Positions 42,169 to 54,255 of a stretch of DNA of 64,000 nt are shown one piece after another. The position numbers and the translations under genes were made by a program. The stretch lies in NCBI RefSeq assembly GCF_009914755.1, contig NC_060927.1. The stretch is one strand, 5' to 3'. Within the stretch, counting starts at the first letter, position 1, and every line of letters starts with the position of its first letter. The notes under the pieces are model-generated. The model was not told the origin of the DNA and searched no databases. It saw nothing but the letters and a program-made list of their open reading frames with translations. The stretch is from the human T2T-CHM13v2.0 reference genome, Homo sapiens.

Positions 42169-43664
42169 TTTGCAGTGCTATTAGAATTTGTCCTGCATGT
42201 TAACTATCCATGTAGCTATACCTTATTTCAGTTGCCAAAGCTATTGGCATGATAATAAGGATAAGACTCTAAGTGCAGGTCAAGGATGAGCCTAGTACTT
42301 CACTTTTTCACACTTTCCCTTTTCTGGTTCCCTGGGGCTCCCCCTTTTATTCCTTTGGCCAGAAACTGCCAACTTCTGTAACCGTACTACATGAGGAGAA
42401 AGGATGCAGACAAAGGAAAAGTAAAAATCAACAGGCTTTGGCATCACCCTCATGGAGACATGGTTCCACCAAAAAGAAAGGAAGGCTCCTCTTCCACAGT
42501 ATGCCACCACCCTCAATGTACGACAGCTTTGTCCTGGGGATGTAGAGAATAGAATAAAAGGAAAGAAAAAAATAGGGTATCTTTGCCATTATCTCTGAAC
42601 TTTAGAATTTCTATTTTCTTCTCCTTAAGCCAGAACTACAGGATTTCTCCCAGATCTCTATCTGTCCCACAGTGTTCATGTCAGGGTTTCACATTGCTAT
42701 TAAATTTATGCTAGGGCATCCTGAAGGGGAAAAAAATGGTAAATGCCCTGCCAGTTCAGTGGTACTTCAAAATCTGGTGTTCTCTTCCAATTTACATGCT
42801 AATATTTACTTTGCAGAGTTTTTAAATAGCTGCCCATGGATTCTCTCATGTTTATAATTGCTTCCAGTGGAAGAGGAAGGTTGATGTGTTTACCTCATCT
42901 TACCCAGAACTGAAATTTCCAATGCTAACTCTTAGAAGACCGCAGTAAGATAAGATACATATTGTAATCCCTGTGGAAGCCAATAAGAAATCATGTGAAT
43001 GTACATGGCAATAAAGCCAAAAGAATAACTGAAATAGTATACTAAAATGATTGTTTATCACAAAAGAAGGTAATAAAGGAAGAACAGATAAACCAGAAAA
43101 AAATGAGATGAAAAAAATAAGTAGCAAATAGCAGACATAAATATTATCATGTTAATAATTACATTAAATAGAAATAGGCCCCTATATATGTTATTTTTGG
43201 TAGGACTAGAGAATACCAAAGAACACCCTGTTAGTAGCTTCTTAAAATTTAATTTAGGATGGAGCTTAGAGGATGGGAGTCAAGAACAGCCTTAAGTTTT
43301 CAAGATGGTTGTCTGTGGGATAGAAAGGGTGGAGAAGGGAGCTTTCTGGAAAATGTCTGGGAAGACAGCATACCTAGGCTAAACATGGAGGTTACTCTTA
43401 GAAAAAAATGGAATATTAATGACTTTAGCTACTTCTGGGTATCTAAATTTTACCTTTCATTCTCAAGCACATTTAGTGATAGATCTTCCTTTAAGACACA
43501 CTCTTACTAGATATTTAAAAAAAAAATCACTGAGACTAGCCAAAGCCTTTGGTACCTTTGGTTAGTTTGTAAAAGTACATACTAGCCATCAGGTCCCATG
43601 CCTCTCTCCATGGAGAGACAGATGATAGATTAATTGATAGATAGATGGATGGATAATAGATGAC

Positions 43665-43850
43665 CTTCATACTAATCAAAACTTACACAGTAGGTATTAT
43701 GTGCCCATTGTATAGTTGAGTAAACAGATAGCTTAAAAGGGTAAATAATTTGCCCAAGATAATACAGTCATGAACCAATGGAGCTCAGATTTTGAATCTA
43801 TTAATTGTCTTCAAATCAAACACGTTCTTTCCTCTATATAATACTTTCTC
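43665..43850 (-). mobile_element. MIR, preceded by a (GATA)n-like tract at 43620-43660
   Basis: gtaggtattatgtgcccattgtatagttgagtaaacag...aaataatttgcccaagat. Confidence 0.65.
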
Positions 43851-45065
43851 CCTATAGAACACCTTAGCGCCTACAACAGATAAAGTGAAGAGACTGCACT
43901 AGGATCATTATCAAGAGTCTTATGTAGGATGAAAGCAAGAAGACAGATTTAGACTCCAACAATCTAAGGATAAATGAAAAAGCATAAGAAGTAGACAGAG
44001 ACCTTTCAACTTACTAAATGTTCATGTCATACTGCCAGTTCCCAGAAGAAAAGGGAAAATGCCTGGCTGATGATTGAAGAGGTAAACAAGTGAAGCAAAT
44101 ATCAACATTTCATGAACAATCAATCATCTGAATACATGTCATTAACCAAAAGTCCATTGTATCTGACAATTATCCAATTGAAATCAGTCATTTTTCAAAA
44201 TAAGGGCAATATTTGACATTTCTAACAAGTGTTAAAAGACAAGAATCAATTTAAATAAAACTATATTCTAATCAAAGTCAAATTAAAATTCTAGAGATGC
44301 AGAGCACCTGAGTATAAGCTTTTTGCAGAACTTTAACAAACAGAACTCAAAGTATACTAAATTACTCAAATGTTTTTTAATCTTTTAAAATAATTCTGCA
44401 TTTCATTTTATTAAGACATACCAAGATAGTTTTTAATTCAATCAAATTAGAGGTAATTTTCTTCTCTGTGGTGAACATGTAATAAAGACATTATTCATTC
44501 AATGTATTTTTGGAAGACAGAACTTAAAAGTATACTTGCATTTAAATAGAAAAGTATGAATGGTCCTACCTACACTCCTACATCGTATATTAATGCCAAA
44601 GGACTCCACACCTCTGGTGTTCCTATACTTATTTGCTATAGTGATATTGGGTGGAGTTAAGCCTGATCTTATTTATAGCAATAACACTTTTTTCAATGAA
44701 GACATAATAATAATCTTTTACTTGTATTGCAGTTTTTCAGCACCACTCTGTGTTTTAGAATGGGACTCTGCTAAAAAGTAATTCAGCAATAGTAGGCAGT
44801 ACAAATTCACTGAAGAATTGCTCTCATACAAGTGAACATGGCCTGTAATGAAGGAATCTGGGAACCTGGCTCCCAGAGATATATGGAAGAGTCAGACTGC
44901 CTGCTTTTTAAAATTCCTAGGAAGAAGGAAGAAAAAGTTAACATTTTGTGAAGCACATACCATGCACCAGGTCCATGAAATTATCTCATTTAAACCTGAC
45001 AACTAAACCGATTTTTACAGGGGAGAAAGCCAAGATTCAGCTTCTCAGATAAGAGATTTCCATTT

Positions 45066-45338
45066 CACCGCATGTTCTCACTTACAAGTGGGAGCTTAAT
45101 GATGAGAGCACATGGACACATTCGGGGAAACAACACACACTGGGGGCTGTTGGGGGGTTGGAGGGAGGGAGAACATCAGGAAGAATAGCTAATGGATGCT
45201 GGGCTTAATATCTAGGTGATGGCTTGATCTGTGCAGCAAACCACCATGGCACACGTTTACCTGTGTAACAAACCTGCACATCCTGCATGTGTACCCCAGA
45301 ACTTAAAATAAAAGTTGATGAAAAAAGAAAAAGAAAAC
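45066..45338 (+). mobile_element. 5'-truncated L1PA (PA13-16-like) 3' end
   Basis: gcatgttctcacttacaagtgggagc...gtaacaaacctgcacatcctgcatgtgtaccccagaacttaaaataaaa plus A-rich tail. Confidence 0.93.
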
Positions 45339-46040
45339 CAAAGGTCCCTGATTGTAGGATATTGTGCTTCTATCTGCCTTTGAGATTCAAACACCTGTTA
45401 TACCAATGTACAATTTTATTTCCCCCGCAAATAAAACATATGGTAAATTTGCGGGGCTAACATTCTACTCTGCATCCTTTTAGTCACTATTCCAAACTGT
45501 TGATTTCACTAACACTACTAACAACTTTATAAAAGTATTATAGGTTATGTTGCAATCTGTCTCAACACTAATATAGGATGTAATATATCATTATACATTT
45601 AAGATATAATATGTCATTACATCTTAAAAATAATAATTACAATAATCTCTAGTACTGCCTATCAGCAGTGACAAATTATATATTTAATGACTTTAAAACC
45701 TATCCTACAGGCATGTGCAAGGCTATATGTACAATATGTATGTAGATGACAGCTTTATTTCTAATATTGAAAATTTGAAGAAAGGAGTAATATCCAACAA
45801 AAACAAAAGGGTTAAATGATAATGCAACCCCACATAGTCATTAAAAATAATGTAATCTGTTTTAATTGGCATACAAAATGTCCGTGATAGACAGAATGGT
45901 CATATTTTGGTAAAGATATACATATATATATCTGGGTATATAAACCTATATATACTGAAAAAATACATGTGTTTGTACAGATAAAGACCTGGAAGTTCAT
46001 AAATTGCAATGGTCTTCTCTGCAGAGTAGGATGAAGTGTG

Positions 46041-46404
46041 CTGCCATTTTAAGAAGAAACAATCATGCCATGGAATTGAAACTCTGTGGCTAGAATTGAA
46101 GGTGAACTCTAGGAAATGAGTGACCTCTGGCTGGCAGGAGAAAGAAAATGGGTCATAGTTTCTACAACCATTAAAAAAAAAATTCTATTTGGCCAACAAC
46201 TTGGTTGGATTTGGGAGAGTACTCTAAGACTCGGAAGAGAATGCAGTCTGGCTGACACCTTGATTTCTGCCTGTGCAACTCTGAGCAGAGGACTCAGTCC
46301 GCTGTGCCCAGACTTCTGACTTACAGATCTGTGAAATAATGTGTCTGTTGTTTTTAGCTGTTAAGTTTATAATAATTTCTCACACAGCAATAGAAAACCA
46401 ATAT
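46041..46404 (+). mobile_element. MLT1 (E/F/G-like) MaLR LTR fragment
   Basis: gctgacaccttgatttctgcctgtgcaactctgagcagaggactcag...ccagacttctgacttacag...gcaatagaaaaccaatata. Confidence 0.8.
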
Positions 46405-48079
46405 AATCATTCAGCATGACAACTACAGAAATGCTTATACAATCTCATTAAAAAAACTATAATATAACAAACATAAAAAGATCGGATTTCAAAATGATCT
46501 TTTGTTTACTATATTGAATAATATTATTAAGATATGTTCCTGAACAGAGTTTTAATTTAAATATTAAGCAAAAAGAAAGGGTCTCAGAGTGGTACAGATT
46601 CAAAATCATCTATAATTCTGCATTTTCAGTTTTTAAAATATATATGAATATCTTCAATTAGGTGACATGTAGGACTAAATAATACATTTTGATTACAGAT
46701 TAGTAAATTGTAGTGGAACAAACTAAAAACTTTCAGTGTTTCAAAAGCACCTGTTTGTTATCTTAAGGCAAGTAGAAACCTTCAATGGCATCTCAACATA
46801 TTCAAAGTACATTGTAAACTTCAGCCTGACAACATTTTCCACAATTAGATTCTGATATTTTTTCTCAGCCTATAATCCGACTTTGCCTTACTGATAGTCT
46901 ACTTGTTGTTTGTTTTCTTCCCTTTTATAATGCCTTTGCTTATGACACTTCCTTAGCCTGCTCCTTAGGCAACTCACCAGCTTAGCCTCTTACCAGCTAG
47001 GCAAGGTTTGGCTCACCTCTACTAAGAACGCTGCCCTCTTCCTTACTTGCTCGCTGCACATAGAACTGGTCTCTCTCTCTCCATATTTTCAAAGATCTTT
47101 ATTGGTTTTACTAGAATAAGACATATTCTCCTCTTCTTTGTTTTAGGTTTATATGCATGTGTGATATCACCCTCACTAGACTGCGAGTTCCACAATGTCG
47201 GGGACCATCCCATTCCTGATCTGCAGTATGTGGCAGGGGACTATACATCTAGCTCATGATCCAAAAAATGATTATTAAACTTTTAAAGCTTTTACTTTGT
47301 CAATACACAAGAACAAAATACAAACTATGATGTACCTAATTTTAATTTAAGAAGGCCTAAGTCAAAATAGAGATCTGATGAGAAATAGAGAAATTCAGAT
47401 TTTTTAAAATATGAGAACAATTTTGCTCAGAGATTGAACAAACCATAGCAATTGCTAAATGAAATTGGAAGTGCAATAAAAGGGGCTCTGAAGAGAAGGA
47501 AGGTCATATTTAAGAACTAAAAATAAAGAACAATATGTATAATATTCACTACACCTCTATAGTTTCTGCTGTAGCATTTTACATTATTCAAATCCTTTTA
47601 TCATTGCCTATGACAATATTTGCTTTCCTTATGAATTCATTTTCAGTACAATGTTGTACTGCAGTTGATTTTGAAAGATATTCTAATTTAAGATTATCAG
47701 AATTAGACAGGGTACTACATTGACTGAATAACCTGAAGTTTTATGCATCTGAATTTCAAAATGCCTCAAACATAACTAAAATTGCTGCAAGCCCAAGAGA
47801 AATGTAAAGTAGTACATACTAGTAACAGTTTACTATCTGTAGTTTGCATGCAATTATTTTACACTTTCAGAAAATAATATCAATGTGCTCATGTAAAATA
47901 CAAATAATACAAAAGGCTGTTTGAGACTCCATTCAGTTAACTAGTTATTGAGTACATAGTGTATATAAGATCTAGTATTATAATGTATGAATTACATACA
48001 AGGAAAAAGAAGGATAGAAAGAAGAAAACAAAGTTAACTAAATGTTTTTAGTGTTCTACCTATGTGAGAACCAACCTTA

Positions 48080-48780
48080 GAAGAGTAATAATAGCTAGTA
48101 CTTCTTGAGTGTTTATTATTTCTAGATATTCTGAATTACATCATTCAGATATTCTGGATTACATCATTTAAAGTTTTAAAACAAACCTATGAATTTAACA
48201 TTATTATTTTTCCCATTTTTCAGATGAGAAAATTGCAGCACAGAATTTAAGTAATTCACTAAATGTTGTAGAGCTAAGAATTTCAAAGGTGAAACTTGAA
48301 TTTAAGCAGGCAAGCACTGTGTACTTAACCCCTACCTTACATACTTCCTGGTTGGTTTTATTATTCCATTTCACAGAGCAAGAACTTGAGGCTCAGAGAG
48401 ATTAAATAGGCTACCAAAGTAGACATCTTTAATCAATGACAGAGTCAGCATTCAAAATCAAATATGTTTGATTCCAAATTCTTTGCTGATTCCTCTACAC
48501 AGCTTCCAAAACTACATGAAATAAAATATTAATAAAATATATTCAAACTATATTCTATCTCTTCTATGATTTAAATACAAACTACATTCATTTCTCGCTG
48601 TGTGACATTAGGCAAGCCACTTTATCAACTTTTGCTTTAGTTCTCTCATCTGTATAATGAGGATAATAATTCATCGTACCTCAAAATAATTGTTTGGCGC
48701 ATTGAATAGAATATGTAAAGCTACTAAACAGTGCCTAACATAAACTTCTTATTAATATTATCAGTATCATTATTATTACA
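48080..48780. mobile_element. Cluster of three MIR fragments (two -, one +)
   Basis: cccattttt cagatgagaaaattg; gaggctcagagagattaaat; tgtgacattaggcaagccact...ctcatctgtataatgaggataataat. Confidence 0.7.
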
Positions 48781-48811
48781 ATTTGTAAATTATTGTACTT
48801 AGGGAGATAGA

Positions 48812-49172
48812 GTGTATATATGTCTGTGTGTGTATATACTATTAATACTAATGTTATAATTAGTATAATACTGTATTTAAATATATATAAAAATGAAAAT
48901 ATCTGTAAATATCTACTAATATATAATATTCATTGTAGTGTATTATATATATAAACACATATATATTAGTGGTATATGTATACACTACTATATAATACTA
49001 TTCAATCTATTAGTAGTATATATGTATGTGTGTATATATGCAGCACATATATATGTATACACACATACATATATATGCAGCACTTATATATACTTGCATA
49101 CATATACAAATATATACATAGTATATGTATGTATGTCTGTGTGTGTGTGTGTGTATATACACACACACACAC
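48812..49172. repeat. AT-rich low-complexity / (TA)(TG)(CA) microsatellite
   Basis: Direct inspection; ends in a perfect 32-bp palindrome at 49141-49172. Confidence 0.9.
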
Positions 49173-49269
49173 CCTCCTAATAGGTTGAATTCTGAACTAA
49201 GCACTTTTTCAACTTTATTTCACCTCAACAATTCCATTAAGTTGTAGTAAAACTCATCTTTAAAACTGC

Positions 49270-49410
49270 ACAGATAATGAGAAAACTCATCATTTGACAG
49301 ATGATGAAAATGAAGCTTTGAAAAGTTAAGGAAGTTGCCTAAGATCATACAGCCAGTGAGTGGCAAGACCAGATATCAAACCTGGGTTTATATGACTCCA
49401 AGGCCCACAA
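49270..49410 (-). mobile_element. MIR
   Basis: catttgacagatgatgaaaatgaagct...ttgcctaagatcatacagccagtgagtggcaag. Confidence 0.75.
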
Positions 49411-49447
49411 AGTAGTATGTAATTAGTGTCAAAAGGAAGGTGTAATC

Positions 49448-49590
49448 AGCTGGTTGAAGTGCAAGGGTGTTTACAACTAATTTACCACAACCAGTTACAG
49501 ATTCTTTGTTCCTTCCCCACTCCCAATGCTCCACTTGACTAGCAAAAAAAAAAAAAAAAGAAAAAGAAAGAAAAGAAAAAAGAAAAGAAG
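49448..49590 (+). pseudogene. RNY3P: Y3 RNA (RNY3) processed pseudogene with A-rich tail
   Basis: agctggttgaagtgcaagggtgtttacaactaatttaccacaaccagttacagattctttgttccttccccactcccaatgctccacttgactagc closely matches the recalled hY3 sequence; A/AAAG tail from 49544; TSD aaaaggaaggtgtaatc (49431-49447) / aaaagaaggatgtaatc (49583-49599). Confidence 0.95.
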
Positions 49591-49879
49591 GATGTAATCC
49601 AAGTGCTACAAAAGTTCAGAGAATGCAGAACATTTTTTGCTTAGATGATTGAGAACAGTTTCCCTGGGTGGGTTGACATTTGAGCTTAGCTGTAAAGGTA
49701 GATAGAATTTCAATAGATAAGAGGTATGCCTTTTGAAGGACAAAACAAGCTTACCTCGAACAGATGAGCAAAGGTCTTGAGATCAGGTACAATCCATTCG
49801 GCATTGTAGGAAAAAATAGAAGATAGAGCTGGAAAGGAGAGCTAATGTTAACTCCATGAGTGCAGGGCCTGTGCTCCTA

Positions 49880-50685
<806 letters not shown>

Positions 50686-51769
50686 AGCCTATTCCTGGCA
50701 CACAGTGGGCACTCCATAAAATACTTTTTAACCAACTGCCGTGGAAACCAGATTGTAACCTCAAAGTCAGGCTGAGGATCTTGTATTTTAGTCAATAGAT
50801 AAGAGAGCCACTAAAACTTCTCAGTAAGGAAAGTGATATGCTCAGAGTACTATTTTAGAAGGTTCTATCAGGAAGACTAATACAGAGGAGAAATTGAAGT
50901 TAGATTAGAAGTATATTGAAATATTAAAACAGGGCCTAAACACATACCTCTTCTCCACAAATTCTTCCAAAGCAGCTCAGCCTGGTAGCATAACATTGTG
51001 TAAATGTTCCATGTTTCGCATGAGAACGCCAAACACTCTTACATGTGAAAGGCAATTCCTTTTTAAGTCAAGTCTTACCCCTCTATGCACCTAATTTTAT
51101 CACTGTTGCTTTTAAAGAAAATGAATCAATGCAGTTAATCTCTGTATAGTGTCATGTGGGATGAAACTCCCTTTATTACAGCAATGGTCTGATTACAGCA
51201 TCATAGCATAATTTTGAAATATGCACAAATGGAACTACAGGTATGAAAAAGCCTCAATATTACTCTCAACAGAGCAAACAGAGTTTTCTTGTTTAATACA
51301 TGTCTGATTGTGCTATTTCCTGTTGAAAACGTTAATGCTATACCATGGCTTAAAGGATCAATTCCAGACTCAGCAACCCTTCCCCAACTAATCCTATTCT
51401 ACCTCAACTTTCTGTAATGCCCTTCTATAAACAGTGACTCATTCAGGTCTTTTTCAGTAGCAAGTGACATAAATCCAACCCAAGCTAGTCAAAGAACCTG
51501 TTGGTCCCACAAAAGGTAAATAAATGTCAATACATAGAAAGACACTGAATAGATTAGTGGATGAATGGCTATCCTGATACTGTTGATCACTAGATGCTGG
51601 CCTCATTTACTCCTGGTGCAGAAAAATCTGTTCCCTGTGGCAGAATAACTGTCTGTCAGCAACCCTATCTCATTTTCTTCCAACTCCTTGACCAAAAATG
51701 CAGAACACCTCTTCCTCCACTCCAAAAAAGAAAAATGCTACCACATGGAGAGTGTGCACCATGTTCCAA

Positions 51770-51960
51770 GCACGATTCCACCTACTTTTCATGTAAGTGA
51801 TCTGATCCTCACAACAACCCAATTATCATCCCCATTTTAGAGATGGGGAAACTGAAGCCTAGAGAGGTGAAGTAACTTGCCCAAAATCACCAAATTGAGA
51901 CATGGCAGGGCTGGAGTGTGAAGTCAAATAGGCAGACTCTGACATCCAAGCACCTCTACA
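51770..51960 (-). mobile_element. MIR, within diverged MLT1-like sequence
   Basis: ttatcatccccattttagagatggggaaactgaagcctagagaggtgaagtaacttgcccaaaatcac is a strong MIR core. Confidence 0.88.
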
Positions 51961-52423
51961 GAATCACTGTGGCCAGGGGAAAAAGAATTTTGATTGGCTA
52001 TTCCTGAGTCATTGGTTCCCCCATGGAGGAGCGAAGGAGTGCTGCAACTGACAGCCCCACCAGAACACAGGACATGATTGAAGTAGGAGAGAGAGGTAGG
52101 CAGATCAAAACAACAGGGTCTGGAGGGAGTCTATAGTCCAACTATAGTCAAAAGAACAAGTCAGCCTTTTTAAAATTTACCATGCACGGATTTTCCTCTA
52201 ACATCTATCACTCTTTCCACTCCCACTTCCCAACTCTCTTCCTGGAGAATTGCTATTTATTAGTCTACGAGGCCAACCTCCAGCAACAAACAACCCTGTT
52301 AGCAAAGTTTCTCAAGTTCTCATGGGCAGAATAAATCACTACCTACTGTGTGCTCCTTTCATGTCCTAGGCACCCCAGCATCGGTAGTGCAGACACAAGT
52401 TCCGCGTGGCAATCTTGTCATTT

Positions 52424-52774
52424 TGAGATAACCAGGTGGGAAGGGCTCCCTGGCAGAGCCTCCAACCAACCTGTGCACTGGGAGGAACGCACACTGGGGT
52501 GGAGCCACAGAATTCTCACCATTTGCAGCAGGGAGGACTTGCCCTTCCTCTTCCTGGGTGGAACCTGGAATTCAATTGGCCAGGAGGGAAGCCCAAGGGC
52601 AAGAAGCACACGCTGTCGCTTTGCTAAGAGTCTCTGTTTCCCCCTTTTTTTCCCTTTTGCCCAAGAAATCCCATTTTTCTCACTCTTCAAATAGTCTGCG
52701 AGCCTAAATTTTCATGGCGGTGTGATAAAGACCCCGTCTTCAGCTGAACTAAATAAGGAAGCAGTTCCGCAACA
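52424..52774 (+). mobile_element. Solo ERV1 LTR (MER61-like)
   Basis: TG...CA ends (tgagataaccaggtgggaaggg...gttccgcaaca); GC-richer than flanks; 4-bp flanks attt/agtt; family from recalled consensus. Confidence 0.75.
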
Positions 52775-54029
52775 AGTTCTACTTCTGTAATGGCAAGACT
52801 CCGTCAAGCAGAAGAAAAGAAAAATAAACCTCCAACACCTTTTTCCTCCAGTTATTCATAATTATTTCTTCGGAACACCTCAGGATCTTGAGATTAACAC
52901 TGTCCAACTCCACTCATGGGTTTCCTTTGATACCAGGCATTGGTGATGGCTTCCCTCTACTCTACTCTTGCCTATCTGTTTTCTTTATTCATCTGTTAAT
53001 TTTTCAGTGTAGAATCCTGGCATGAGGGACGCCCATGGCAGGAGTCACTGGGAATGTCCCCATTTGGGGGTTCATTTTATTGGTTTACATTTATTTGTTT
53101 TGATGTCTGTCTCTCCCATGAGTCTTGGAACTACTTAACGGTGAGTATTGTGACCTAAATCACCTTGTTATCCCTAATGTTAAAAGGAGTTCCTGGCCAC
53201 AGTAGAGATTTAGTGGATTTGTTTCCTTGAATAGAAGAAAGAAACAAGGAGGAGGAAGGGAGCATAGGAAGGAACGAGAAAAAAAAAAACGAAAGAAAGA
53301 AAAAAAAAGTGAGATTATTCCAGTATCTACATATTTCTTAGGAAAGGGCAAATAAGCCACATGTGCAACTAAAACTTAAGTCAAATAAACAGTTTTTAAA
53401 TTTATAATGGTAAAAAATTAAATTAATGAAACAGTGAAACAATTCTTGTTGTTGGAGAAAATTTTCAGAAACAAGCTTTTTTCTTAAGACCTTGGGCACT
53501 TTTGCCTTTATATCATATGGCGAATTCAAGCTATTGTGGTAATGCAAGAAAATTGGGTTGATTAAAGTAAATCTACCTCCATTCTAAACTACCCAGAAAA
53601 GTAGTTCTGCCCCTCTCTGTCATATTATAGGATATTTCTAAACTACCCAGAAAAGTAGTTTAGAATAGAGGACTACTCAACAGATGATTTTGCCCTAACC
53701 TCAATCTGTCCTTTGAAAAGAGTAAGTTGCATCACCCTGAGTTTGGAATTGGCACTGACCTTGTACATGTTACTGGCTCCCTGCAGCCCAGTTTCATCTC
53801 TTCCTCTACCCAGGGCAGAGTAGTGTGGTTAGAAACAGTTGACGGCTGAACCCCTGAGAAGGAGATCTCACTGATAAAAAGTGGTTTTTCCTTGATGTGA
53901 TGTTTTATTAATAAAAAAAAGCTTGTTTCTGACCCTAAAGGCAAATGTAAGAGGCAATTTCTTAGGAGTAAAATCTGCAACTCTCTACAAAGTTAATGCA
54001 AGCATTTGACACAACCAGAGTGGTCAAAA

Positions 54030-54255
54030 ATGTTAACTCTGAACCTGGATGATTAAGCTCCAAATCCTGGATCCTCCACTTTACTGACACAGTAAAGTCA
54101 GTACTGGACAAACTAATCTTTCTGTGTCTCAGTTTTCTCAACTGTAGACAAATAATAACACTTCATATGGTTGTAAGAGTTAAATGAGCTGGTATTTATA
54201 AAGTGCTTATGTCCGACTGTGCCTAACACACAGAAGACACTATGTATTTGTAAAA
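54030..54255 (+). mobile_element. MIR
   Basis: ctgtgtctcagttttctcaactgtagacaaataataac...ggttgtaagagttaaatgag. Confidence 0.8.

Larger units (their letters stand above)
40720..43185. mobile_element. Composite of old L1M fragments: + pieces ~40720-41240 and ~42915-43185 around a - piece ~41245-42915
   Basis: A-rich L1M inter-ORF-like sequence (taagatacatattgtaatccct) on the flanks and T-rich reverse L1M sequence between them. Confidence 0.6.

Noticed and set aside
48938-49204. Tyr/Ile/His/Val-rich ORFs
   Set aside because: Translations of TA/TG/CA microsatellite sequence.
52424-52774. p53 response element, known from some MER61 subfamilies
   Set aside because: I could not find paired RRRCWWGYYY half-sites in this copy.
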